DNA of 54,795 nt from NCBI GenBank assembly GCA_903832015.1, contig CAIKZX010000020.1, positions 1-54,795 on the forward strand, given 5' to 3'. Below are positions 41,104-50,080 of the stretch, piece by piece. The stretch is from an uncultured Actinomycetes bacterium. Lineage in GTDB: Bacteria > Actinomycetota > Acidimicrobiia > Acidimicrobiales > RAAP-2. Below the pieces are notes generated by a model, which searched no databases, was not told the DNA's origin, and saw nothing but the letters and a program-made list of their open reading frames with translations. The first letter of the stretch is position 1. Every line of letters starts with the position of its first letter. Both the position numbers and the translations under genes were made by a program.

Positions 41104-42018
41104 GTGACTTTGACCCTAACCCCGACTTTTTCGAAGCTGGACGTGCTCAAGGGCTACGTCGCACTTATGAAGTTGCGCGTGGTCGAATTACTTCTCGTAA
41201 CGACCGTCCCGCCCATGATTGTGGCGTACAAGGGAATTCCGAGCATCTCGTCAATGGTGGCGACGCTAATTGGTGGGACCCTGGCTGCTGGTGGGGCCAA
41301 TGCCTTAAATATGGTCTTCGACCGAGACATGGACGCGCTGATGAAGCGCACCGAACGCCGCCCACTCGTGACTGGACTTATTTCCCCGGTGCACGCAACC
41401 ATCTTCGCCGTTTCGCTCGAACTACTTGCCTATGCGGTGCTCGAGCATTGGGACAACCAACTCGCAGGTCTTTTGGCACTTTCGGGAACCTTCTTCTACA
41501 TACTCGTGTACACCATTTGGCTGAAGCGACGATCGAAACAAAATATCGTCATTGGTGGCGCCGCGGGTGCCGTACCGGTGTTAGTGGGCTGGGCCGCAAT
41601 CACCAATAACCTCTCGCTAGCCCCCGTCCTACTCTTCTTAGTGATTTTTATTTGGACCCCACCTCACTTCTGGGCACTCGCGGTGCGCTACCGCGACGAT
41701 TACGCGGCGGCCAATGTACCGATGCTGCCCGTCGTCGCTTCGCTTCGGCGCACGACGCTCGAAATCATGGTGTACTCAGTCATCATGTGGTCGCTCACAA
41801 TCTTGATTGGCCCATTCGCTGGGCTGGGTTGGATTTACGCCATTTCAGCAACCGTCCTGGGGTTTCTCTTCACCTTTTACGCCTACCGTCTCTACGTTGA
41901 CGCCCACAACGACAAAGCGGACGTTAAGGACGCCATGAAGTTGTTCCACTTCTCCATTACCTATCTCACGGCACTCTTTGTCGCAATGGCAGTCGATGTC
42001 CTCGTCCGCAACCACTAA
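41104..42018 (+). CDS. ctaB: Protoheme IX farnesyltransferase (heme o synthase)
   Basis: N...DRDMDALMKRT..RPL, YTIWLKRR, NIVIGG, WTPPHFWAL, DY..A.VPMLP. Leaderless GTG 41104 (TAGTAT 7 nt upstream); the track start is ATG 41095. Confidence 0.94.
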   Translation: MTLTLTPTFSKLDVLKGYVALMKLRVVELLLVTTVPPMIVAYKGIPSISSMVATLIGGTLAAGGANALNMVFDRDMDALMKRTERRPLVTGLISPVHATIFAVSLELLAYAVLEHWDNQLAGLLALSGTFFYILVYTIWLKRRSKQNIVIGGAAGAVPVLVGWAAITNNLSLAPVLLFLVIFIWTPPHFWALAVRYRDDYAAANVPMLPVVASLRRTTLEIMVYSVIMWSLTILIGPFAGLGWIYAISATVLGFLFTFYAYRLYVDAHNDKADVKDAMKLFHFSITYLTALFVAMAVDVLVRNH

Positions 42019-42589
42019 ATCTCGACGGGGGCCCTCGCCCATGATGTTGCTGTCGTTGGGCATCGGTGGGCTCGTCGCCCTTTCGCTCATTGTGACCTTG
42101 ACTGTTTTAACTGGAAAAAGTGTCACGCTAGGCAAGTACCAAGCACCCACCTCAGCGCTGGTGGGGAAGAAAGTTCTGAGCTTTACCGTGACGGGTATCA
42201 ATGGTGGGATGGTAAGCGCACCATGGAAATCGGGCCGGGCCGGGGCCGTAATGTTTTTTGCTTCGTGGTGCACCCCTTGTCAGCGTGAACTGCCTAAGGT
42301 CACCAACTACCTAAAAACACACTCCTACGGGGCGGTACAAATTCTTGGTGTCGACGAGGAGGGTGCGGCGAGCGGACTCGCTAGTGGACGTGCCTTTGTG
42401 GCGAAGAACCACGTGATGTTTCCGGTCGGATTTGATCCCAACGATTCAGTCGTAACGGGTATTTTCAAATTTGGACAGATTCCGGAAACGGTATTTGTTT
42501 CCAAGTCCGGCGTCGTCAGGAGTGTGGTCTTTGGCGCAATCAGCTCATCGCGGCTCAACGCCGAGCTTCTCAAGTTGGAACGGGCTTAA
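41996..42589 (+). CDS. TlpA/ResA-like membrane-anchored thioredoxin
   Basis: N-terminal TM, FFASWCTPC, IPETVFV; start uncertain (41996 or 42041). Confidence 0.85.
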   Translation: MSSSATTKSRRGPSPMMLLSLGIGGLVALSLIVTLTVLTGKSVTLGKYQAPTSALVGKKVLSFTVTGINGGMVSAPWKSGRAGAVMFFASWCTPCQRELPKVTNYLKTHSYGAVQILGVDEEGAASGLASGRAFVAKNHVMFPVGFDPNDSVVTGIFKFGQIPETVFVSKSGVVRSVVFGAISSSRLNAELLKLERA

Positions 42590-43317
42590 TCGAAGCGGAA
42601 GGTTCGTGCCGCAAGCAGGGGAGCTAGAACCGCCCATACGAGGATGCTGCACCAGTCCTGCCAAGTGGGCAGTACTCCAGTCTGGAGAATGCGGTGTAGC
42701 CCCTCGGCCATCGCTCCCGATGGAGTAAAAATGGCGATGCTTCGAATGAAGCCAGGCATCGTTGTCAGGGGAACCACGATTCCCGACCCCAACAACAGGA
42801 CCAAGTAGAGGCCATTGGCCGCCGCTAGGTTTACTTCCGCGCGCAGGCGACCAGCCAAAAATAAACCGATCCCCGCACAACCCGCCGAACCGCAGACGAG
42901 TAGAGCGGTGATAAGGAGAGCGCCACGGGGGCCACCGTGGGGACGCCATCCGAGCGCCACGGCCAGCGAACCGAGGAGGACCACCTGAATGGCTTGGGTG
43001 ACGAGAACACTCGCAATTTTGGAGAGGAGGAGTCGGCGCTGACCGAGGGGCGTTACCCACAGTCGACGAAGCACCCCGTAGGAACGTTCAAAACCAGTGG
43101 CGATTGATAGGGCCACGAGAGAGGTGGATAGAACGCAGAGGGCGATAATGCCGGGCGCGATGAAGTCAATCCGTGGACCACCGGTGCTGGTGGTGAAGTG
43201 AGTCTTGCTCAAGAAGACGAGGAGTAAGGCGGGAATGATCAAGGTGAGCAGGAGGGTTTCGCCGCGGCGCAAGGTCATGCGAACCTCCGCGCGAGTTTGA
43301 GCAACTAGTGCCTTCAT
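42586..43317 (-). CDS. ABC-2 type transporter permease
   Basis: LRRGETLLL, TGFERSYGVLRRL..TPL, six TMs; coupled to the ATPase. Confidence 0.88.
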   Translation of the reverse strand: MKALVAQTRAEVRMTLRRGETLLLTLIIPALLLVFLSKTHFTTSTGGPRIDFIAPGIIALCVLSTSLVALSIATGFERSYGVLRRLWVTPLGQRRLLLSKIASVLVTQAIQVVLLGSLAVALGWRPHGGPRGALLITALLVCGSAGCAGIGLFLAGRLRAEVNLAAANGLYLVLLLGSGIVVPLTTMPGFIRSIAIFTPSGAMAEGLHRILQTGVLPTWQDWCSILVWAVLAPLLAARTFRFD

Positions 43318-44219
43318 TGTCCGGAACGCTCCATATCGATAATTTCCAAGTACCGCTGTTCGAGTGAGGCCCTCGTTCGAAGAGAGACCAATGAATTACC
43401 CTTCGACTCGAGGTAGTTCAACAACGTGTTCTGCAGCGCAGTAGTGGGGGCCGAGAGGATCCGCAGCGAACGGGGTCCGTCACTTCGTACTTGGCAACCG
43501 AGATGGGCTGATAGTTCAGAGTCCGCCAAGGGGGAGGCGACCTCGATAACAATCTCAGGTTCTCCACTGAGCTCGGCCAAAGTTCCGTCGGCGACAACAG
43601 ACCCGTGATGAACTATGACAATTCGGTTGGCGACCCTCTCCGCGACATCAAGTTCGTGGGTGGTCAAAAGAATCGCAACACCCCGAGCCCGCTCAACCTC
43701 CAAGAGCGTGGTGATGGCGGCACGCCCTTCGGGGTCGACCGCAGTGGTTGGTTCGTCAAGGACCAGCACTTTGGGGCGCCCGATGAGGGCCAGAGCGAGG
43801 AGTGTTCGCTGTTGTTCGCCACCACTGAGGCGGCGCCAAGTGGTGTGCTGAGCCTCGGTGAGAGAGAGAAGTTCAATGAGTTCGTTGACCGGGCGGGGAA
43901 ACTCGTAGTACGAGGAGGTGAGCTCGAGTACCTGTCGAGGGGTCATGGGAAACCACACTCCCCCTCGCTGCAGCAACGCACCCGTTCGAAGAGTCATCTC
44001 GTGGTGTGCTCGGATGGGGTCCAGTCCATGAACACGTACGCTTCCCGAAGTGGGAGTGCGGAAACCCAATAGCGTGTCAACAATCGTTGTTTTGCCCGCT
44101 CCGTTTGGGCCCAGCAGGGCCAAGATCTCGCCGTACTGGAGAGAGAAGGAGAGGTCGCGAACGGCTTCGAGGGAACCGAAGCGGACCGACAGATTCGAGA
44201 TGTCAATTGCGTTACTCAT
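43314..44219 (-). CDS. ABC transporter ATP-binding protein
   Basis: GPNGAGKTT, LSGGEQQR, LDEPT, TTH. Start placed at ATG 44219 (TAACTT 8 nt upstream), which avoids overlap with serS. Confidence 0.9.
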   Translation of the reverse strand: MSNAIDISNLSVRFGSLEAVRDLSFSLQYGEILALLGPNGAGKTTIVDTLLGFRTPTSGSVRVHGLDPIRAHHEMTLRTGALLQRGGVWFPMTPRQVLELTSSYYEFPRPVNELIELLSLTEAQHTTWRRLSGGEQQRTLLALALIGRPKVLVLDEPTTAVDPEGRAAITTLLEVERARGVAILLTTHELDVAERVANRIVIVHHGSVVADGTLAELSGEPEIVIEVASPLADSELSAHLGCQVRSDGPRSLRILSAPTTALQNTLLNYLESKGNSLVSLRTRASLEQRYLEIIDMERSGQ

Positions 44220-44276
44220 CGCTATCCAAGTTAGGGCGTTCCTTGGCCCCAAAGTACACTCGGTAGGCTTGAGACC

Positions 44277-45575
44277 ATGATTGATATCGCTCAATTGCGT
44301 CAAGACCCTGAATTTGTGAAAACTCAGCTCGCCCGACGCGGTATATCGAGTTCGACAATGGACGAAATCATTGCTCTCGACAGCGAACACCGTCGACTTC
44401 TCCAAGAGGCGGAGGGACTTCGCGCTCAGGTGAAGGAACTTTCCCGTCAGGTGGGCGATGCCAATAAAGCGGGCAAAAAAGAAGAGGCCGAGGCGTTGCG
44501 TCTACGCTCCCGCGAGGTCGGTGAGCAGGAGAGTGCCGCTAGCGAACTGGCTGCCGAGGCTAACGAAAAATTGCGGGCCAAACTATTGATGGTCCCCAAC
44601 CTGCCCGACGCTCGGGTCCCCGAGGGTAAAGACGAGACTGAAAATGTTGAGATCTCGCAGTGGTGGGTAGGTAAAGACCAGGGAGCGCCCTTTCCAGTCT
44701 TCGCGGAGCACCAGAAGAAACCCCACTGGGAGGTCGGTGAAGAGCTTGGCATTCTCGACTTAGAGTCCGGCGCAAAGTTGGCGGGCTCGATGTTTGCGCT
44801 CTACCGCGGTGCGGGCGCGCGATTGATACGTTCATTAGGTTTTTACGCACTGAACGCCCACCTGGATGCGTACGAAGAAATTCGGCCCCCGCACTTTGCA
44901 TTGACCGAGACAATGATGTCCACCGGTCACCTTCCTAAGTCCGAAGAGGATATGTACGCCATGGAGCGAGATGGGCTCTGGGCGATTCCAACCGCCGAGG
45001 TACCACTGACCTCAATGCACCGGGGCGAGATATTGACTCGCGAGAGCCTCCCCATTCGAATGACCGCGCAGACCTCTTGCTTTCGGCGCGAGTCGGGCTC
45101 GGCGGGTCGCGATACCCGAGGCGTGCTTCGTCTCCACGAATTTGACAAGGTGGAACTCTTCGCCTACTGCTTACCCGAACAGGCTGAAGAGGCCCACGCG
45201 GACATTCTTCGCCGTGCCGAAGCGCTGCTCCAAGGACTCGGACTCACCTATCGGTTGGTGGAGCTCTGTACCGGTGATCTCGGTTCGGCCTCGGCTCGAA
45301 CGATTGACCTTGAAGTATTTAGCCCCGGTGTTGATCGCTGGCTAGAGGTTTCCTCGGTCTCGTGGTTCCGCGACTACCAAGCCCGTCGGGCCAACGTCCG
45401 TTACCGTTCCGAAGAGGGAACGACCGCTTTCGTCCATACCGTCAATGGTTCAGCCCTGGCCTGGGCACGCATCTGGGCGGCCCTCGTAGAAACCTACCGC
45501 CAGGCCGATGGCTCGGTCCAACTACCCGAGGTCCTGGCACCCTTCATGGGCGGGCAATTGACTATTCGTCCCTAA
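44277..45575 (+). CDS. serS: Seryl-tRNA synthetase
   Basis: N-terminal coiled coil, PTAEVPL, CFRRESG, RLHEFDKVE, EVSS, HTVNGS. Confidence 0.97.
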   Translation: MIDIAQLRQDPEFVKTQLARRGISSSTMDEIIALDSEHRRLLQEAEGLRAQVKELSRQVGDANKAGKKEEAEALRLRSREVGEQESAASELAAEANEKLRAKLLMVPNLPDARVPEGKDETENVEISQWWVGKDQGAPFPVFAEHQKKPHWEVGEELGILDLESGAKLAGSMFALYRGAGARLIRSLGFYALNAHLDAYEEIRPPHFALTETMMSTGHLPKSEEDMYAMERDGLWAIPTAEVPLTSMHRGEILTRESLPIRMTAQTSCFRRESGSAGRDTRGVLRLHEFDKVELFAYCLPEQAEEAHADILRRAEALLQGLGLTYRLVELCTGDLGSASARTIDLEVFSPGVDRWLEVSSVSWFRDYQARRANVRYRSEEGTTAFVHTVNGSALAWARIWAALVETYRQADGSVQLPEVLAPFMGGQLTIRP

Positions 45576-46315
45576 CGGGACAGTTCGTAGCGATACCCGA
45601 CCCCACGCACGGTCGAGATGTGTAGCGGTGCTTTGGGGTCTTCTTCGATGAGATTTCGCAGCCGCTTAATGTGAACGTCGAGAGTTTTCGTGTCCCCCAC
45701 GTAGTCATTACCCCAAATTCGATCAATCAAAGTTTCTCGAGTGAGCACTCGCCCTGGGTTTTCTAATAGCTCTTGCAAGAGAGCAAACTCCTTGCGGCGA
45801 AGTTGAATTTCCTCGCCCTTGACAAAACAACGCCGGGCATCAATATCAAGTTTTACGAGGCCGATTTCAATCGACTCCTCATTCTCGACCAGCTGAGGGG
45901 AGTGTTCGCGACGTCGTAGGACTGCGCGAATACGAGCTACCAATTCGCGTAACCGATAAGGCTTTTGTACATAATCATCAGCACCGATTTCGAGCATGAG
46001 GACCATGTCCACCTCTTCACCCTTCGCACTCACCACAATGATGGGAACATCGGAGGTAGAACGAATGACTCGACAGACGTCGAGACCGGACATCTTGGGC
46101 AACATTAGGTCGAGCAAAACCAGTTCAAAGGTACCGGCTTCGAACTTCGCTATTGCCTCTTGCCCGTCTCGAGCTACCGTTATGTCAAAACCCTCGCGTC
46201 CAAGACCAACTTCCAGGGCGTCAATGAAAGATTCTTCGTCTTCAACGATCAATAAGCGGATTAGCTTCGAGGCCTTTTCGGCAGCCTTTTTAGTACGGTC
46301 TTTTTCCTTGGTCAT
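45572..46315 (-). CDS. regX3: OmpR-family response regulator, RegX3-like
   Basis: VEDE, LLDLMLP, LEIGADDYV.KP, WG.DYVGDTKTLDVHIKRLR..IE.DP, TVRGVGY. Confidence 0.85.
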   Translation of the reverse strand: MTKEKDRTKKAAEKASKLIRLLIVEDEESFIDALEVGLGREGFDITVARDGQEAIAKFEAGTFELVLLDLMLPKMSGLDVCRVIRSTSDVPIIVVSAKGEEVDMVLMLEIGADDYVQKPYRLRELVARIRAVLRRREHSPQLVENEESIEIGLVKLDIDARRCFVKGEEIQLRRKEFALLQELLENPGRVLTRETLIDRIWGNDYVGDTKTLDVHIKRLRNLIEEDPKAPLHISTVRGVGYRYELSR

Positions 46316-47652
46316 TATTGGTTCATCGGCAATTCCAGGGTGAAAGTGGAGCCTTCACCTTCACGGGAATCCACAAGGACGCTGCCGCCATGATTTTCAG
46401 CCACGTGGCGAACAATACTCAGACCTAGACCGGTTCCGCCAGTTTCGCGGGCCCGACCGGGATCGACACGATAGAAACGCTCGAAGATTCGCTCTAGATC
46501 CTTGGCGGGGATCCCCTGGCCCTGGTCAGAGATGCTGACCTTCACGAGTGGCCCAACAGGCTCCCCGTCGGTATCAACATGACCTTCCACTCGGGAGGTG
46601 CTGATTCGAACTCGACCGTCACGGGGCGAGTAGACAACGGCGTTCTCAAGCAGTGCGTGAAGTGCTGAAACAAGTTGCCGGCGGTCCCCAAAAACCACCA
46701 GATTGTTAGCGGGTTCTTCGAAGTCGAGCGAGATGTGGTGTTGCTCCGCGGCGGTGCGAATTCGCTCGATGGATTCAGCGATGATGAGCGAGATTGGAAC
46801 GGGCTCTCGAGTAGGTGACCCCTCGCCTTCGATGCGAGATAGATCGAGGAGGTCCTCAATAATTCGGTTTACTCGGAATGATTCATTGTGAATTCGCTCA
46901 GCGAGGCGCTGCGCCACAACGGGGTCTCGTTCAAATTGGAGGGTCTCGGCGAGTAAGCCAAGGGCGCCCATTGGAGTTTTTAGTTCGTGCGAAACGTTCG
47001 CTACGAAGTCGCGGCGAATATCTTCGAGGCGACGTCGCTCAGAAACATCTTCGATAACCGCAATCACGCCCAAAGGCTTTCTTCCATCATCGATGACCGT
47101 TGCTCGAATTGCGAGGGTTCGTCGAGGGGGGCCGTAGATATCAATCATTCGATCAGCAACACCAATCGACCAGCCTTCCGCCAGCACATCGGTCACCGCT
47201 TGGGCCGCGATAGCGTCACCGTAGCGAGAGGCCATCAATGTCTCGGCCAGAGCGTTTCGAAAGACCACATTGCCACCCTCATCACAAAGGATGAGACCCA
47301 GGGGTAGGGCGTCGAGTGAACGACGTAGGCGAGTCGAGTCGGCCGAGGATTCAGATACGGTGCTGGAGGCCTCGCTGGTAGCGGCCTCTAAGTAGCCCAG
47401 GGCCTCTTCAACCTTGCCGTGATCATCTCGAGTTTCCACGCCCAAGAGGGATGCCAAGGAAGAGATTCGTTGAGCGATAGACCGGTGTCCGCGACGGCGA
47501 TTCACCAGCACCCCAATGATGATTCCAAAGAGCAGGACACCTACAACCGCGGCATAAAAAATTATGGGGGACCAGTGCTGAGCAACGTTTCGGATTAGGG
47601 CGAGAGACACATAGACATTCTCGCAGAGTTCTTCAATTTTTGTGACACCCAC
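46315..47652 (-). CDS. senX3: Sensor histidine kinase, SenX3-like
   Basis: One TM, PAS-like region, RRDFVANVSHELKTP, FERFYRVD..R.R.TGGTGLGLSIV; true start may be GTG 47610. Confidence 0.85.
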   Translation of the reverse strand: MGVTKIEELCENVYVSLALIRNVAQHWSPIIFYAAVVGVLLFGIIIGVLVNRRRGHRSIAQRISSLASLLGVETRDDHGKVEEALGYLEAATSEASSTVSESSADSTRLRRSLDALPLGLILCDEGGNVVFRNALAETLMASRYGDAIAAQAVTDVLAEGWSIGVADRMIDIYGPPRRTLAIRATVIDDGRKPLGVIAVIEDVSERRRLEDIRRDFVANVSHELKTPMGALGLLAETLQFERDPVVAQRLAERIHNESFRVNRIIEDLLDLSRIEGEGSPTREPVPISLIIAESIERIRTAAEQHHISLDFEEPANNLVVFGDRRQLVSALHALLENAVVYSPRDGRVRISTSRVEGHVDTDGEPVGPLVKVSISDQGQGIPAKDLERIFERFYRVDPGRARETGGTGLGLSIVRHVAENHGGSVLVDSREGEGSTFTLELPMNQ

Positions 47653-47688
47653 GACCGTTGGAAAACCCCTACTAGAAAGAAGGTTTTT

Positions 47689-47973
47689 GTGTTACTGGCA
47701 TCAGTGAATCTCTCACCCTCCACAACGGCACTACCAGGCAGTGCGGCATTGCAACAGCTGGCTAATGGCATCGCCGCCTGGGCCCTCGTGGGTTCATTAA
47801 TTGGCTTACTTTTTGGAGCGGGAATGTGGGCCCTGGGCGCAAATTCCCAGAATTCTTCCCAGTCCGTCTTGGGTCGCCGGGCTGTCTTCGCCAGCTTGGT
47901 GGCGGCTATTTTGATTGGCGCTGCGCCACACCTCATCAACTTCTTCTTCGCTACGGGGCAGAAGGTGAAGTAA
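47689..47973 (+). CDS. VirB2/TrbC-like pilin (DUF6112-like), 2 TM
   Basis: 94 aa; P....LPG...L..L leader, two hydrophobic helices separated by GRR, AA.LIGAAP.LINFF; first gene of the T4SS-like module. Confidence 0.65.
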   Translation: MLLASVNLSPSTTALPGSAALQQLANGIAAWALVGSLIGLLFGAGMWALGANSQNSSQSVLGRRAVFASLVAAILIGAAPHLINFFFATGQKVK

Positions 47974-49095
47974 ATGGGCGGGCTGCTCTGCTTTATTAAT
48001 CCAATTGGGTGCGCGGCGGGGTCAATTGCAAAATCGACCTTCGCCGGGCTGTTCAATGCAATTACCGGATGGATGTCGGGCAGCTTGCACTGGCTCTTGG
48101 CGATTGTGGCAAAAGCATTGACGGCGACTAGCGACGCTGCCACAATCTCTAAGGCCGCATCCGGGGAATTCACCTCATTACTGCACCTGTCGCCGCTACT
48201 ACTTCTAGTTGGTGTGCTGATCGGCACCCTGCAGGGAATTCGCAGTGCCGATTCTTCGGTGCTGTGGCGACTCTATCTGGGGGCGGCACCGCTTTGGGTC
48301 GCTGGAATTTTTGTTGCCCGACCAGTCGGCGAACTCCTTATCCGGATTGTGAATCAACTATCTGCCAGTTCGGTCTCCTCGGTGAGTAGCCATGTTTCGC
48401 TGTTAGAAAAAAGTGTCGCCTCTCTTCCCTCATCGACGCCCGGTTTTGGCCTCTTCTTGTTGGTGGGGGCTCTCATAACGACCGCATTTTTGCTGTGGTG
48501 TGAACTTGTCGTTCGTATGTCAGTCCTCACGCTTTTGCTCGCCTTAGTGCCAATCATTTTCCCACTCTCAGTAATTCCGGCCACTCGTCGACTCGGGCTG
48601 AAGCTAATTGAAACCTTCACCGCAATTGTGGTGAGCAAGTTTTTTATCGTTATTACCCTGCTCGTTGGATTCAGAGAAATTACCCTCGGAAACGCAACGT
48701 CGGCGATTGTTGGAGTTGTGACGATTGTTTTGGCGATTTTTTCGCCAATCGTGCTCCTGCGAATTATTCCATTCCTCGAAAACTCTGCGGCGCTGGGACT
48801 CGTCGGCCTTCGACAACGCGCGACCTCACTGGCATCGAACTTCCCGAATTCACCCATCGGGAAAGCCGCCATGCTGCTTCAGCCGCTGAACGATTTTGCG
48901 GAGGGCCCACCGGTTATCCCCGAGGACTTTGGGCTCCCCGAATGGGACGAAACCTACGAGACGCAGATGCCGGTTTATGACCCGACCATCCCAAACGAGC
49001 CACCGATTCTCGACAATCGGCACATCCGCAAGGGACATCGGGTAATCCTGCGTGACCGGCTGGGACCAGTTATTGGTTGGCATTGGGATGATTAA
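47974..49095 (+). CDS. VirB6/TrbL-like polytopic membrane protein
   Basis: CFINPIGC N-terminus, about 7 TMs, W.ELVVR...L.LL..L.P and A.VVSKF.IV motifs typical of actinobacterial VirB6-like proteins; TAAATG coupling to the pilin gene. Confidence 0.6.
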   Translation: MGGLLCFINPIGCAAGSIAKSTFAGLFNAITGWMSGSLHWLLAIVAKALTATSDAATISKAASGEFTSLLHLSPLLLLVGVLIGTLQGIRSADSSVLWRLYLGAAPLWVAGIFVARPVGELLIRIVNQLSASSVSSVSSHVSLLEKSVASLPSSTPGFGLFLLVGALITTAFLLWCELVVRMSVLTLLLALVPIIFPLSVIPATRRLGLKLIETFTAIVVSKFFIVITLLVGFREITLGNATSAIVGVVTIVLAIFSPIVLLRIIPFLENSAALGLVGLRQRATSLASNFPNSPIGKAAMLLQPLNDFAEGPPVIPEDFGLPEWDETYETQMPVYDPTIPNEPPILDNRHIRKGHRVILRDRLGPVIGWHWDD

Positions 49096-50080
49096 GCGCC
49101 TGCCACTCGGGACCAACGACGTTGAGTTTCGACTTATGGGTATCAAGGGCCATCAAATAGCTGGACTATCGATTGGTCTAATGGGCGTTACTGACGCCCT
49201 CTTTCTAGGTGGCGGGCTAAAGATTTTGGTTCTGTCCGGAATCGCTTTTTTAAGTGCGGCAAAGATTGGAAACCGAGGAACTCTAGGGGAGATCTTTGTT
49301 GTTGCTTCCAAATACTGGTCGCGATCACGCGCTTTCTCGATGAATTGTAGTGACCTGCAACGGTTTGAGCTTCGACAAATCGGACGGCTCGACTTGGCGG
49401 GACGCGATGACGTACTCTTTTCTTCGCTAGCCCAGATGGCCACTGGTCTGTCGCTCGAGGGAGATGGCAATCAATTCTCGGTCTCAGTTCAGCGCGAGTC
49501 GGGAAGAACATCGACCACCTTAAGCACCTCCAGGGAGTACGCACCAGCGATGTGGTGGACAAAGATTGAGGCAGACGACACGCCTCTCGTGGGTCGCGAA
49601 GGGTGGTCTACCCTCAAGGTTGGAAACCGGTATTACTCAGTTTTGAATTTTGATGATTTCACGCTAGCTAACCGGCGTAAATATTTTTTTGAACGCTTTC
49701 TCGCTTGGATACCATCGGGCGTAGTAATAACTGTTTTTGAGGTTGTCGGAGCTCAGCAGGGCTTAAAGAAGAGTGCCCGCGCGGCGCATCGACTAACTAT
49801 TGATTCATCGATCACGCAAGCAGTTGGTTTCCGAACTTCTGCACGCACGTTAACCACTATCCAAAGGAAGATCCAGCAAGAGAAGGAGGTTGAAGCGGGT
49901 GCGACCTTGATGAGAATTGGTGTCTACATGCTCTGCTCGGGTGAAACCAAGGAGCAATGCCTCTCGAGGGCCAAACAGTGCATTGATTACGCGCGGCGCA
50001 CGGGGCTGCCCCTACTTATTAAATATGGTCAACAAGGCCCACTACTAGAGGCTCTTGGGCCACGGTTGAATAGTGGTTAG
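49088..50080 (+). CDS. PrgI/VirB3-like (SCO6880-family-like) protein
   Basis: N-terminal hydrophobic pair (LMG....Q...L), C-terminal E.E.G....R...Y........L.......A...G.......GQQ...L pattern; ATG 49088 overlaps the upstream gene end. Confidence 0.5.
   Translation: MIKRLPLGTNDVEFRLMGIKGHQIAGLSIGLMGVTDALFLGGGLKILVLSGIAFLSAAKIGNRGTLGEIFVVASKYWSRSRAFSMNCSDLQRFELRQIGRLDLAGRDDVLFSSLAQMATGLSLEGDGNQFSVSVQRESGRTSTTLSTSREYAPAMWWTKIEADDTPLVGREGWSTLKVGNRYYSVLNFDDFTLANRRKYFFERFLAWIPSGVVITVFEVVGAQQGLKKSARAAHRLTIDSSITQAVGFRTSARTLTTIQRKIQQEKEVEAGATLMRIGVYMLCSGETKEQCLSRAKQCIDYARRTGLPLLIKYGQQGPLLEALGPRLNSG

Noticed and set aside
47660-47685. GGAA-N19-GTT as a SigH/SigE-type promoter for the T4SS-like module
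   Set aside because: Low information content; the predicted TSS would fall on or past the start codon, and it overlaps a plausible SD.
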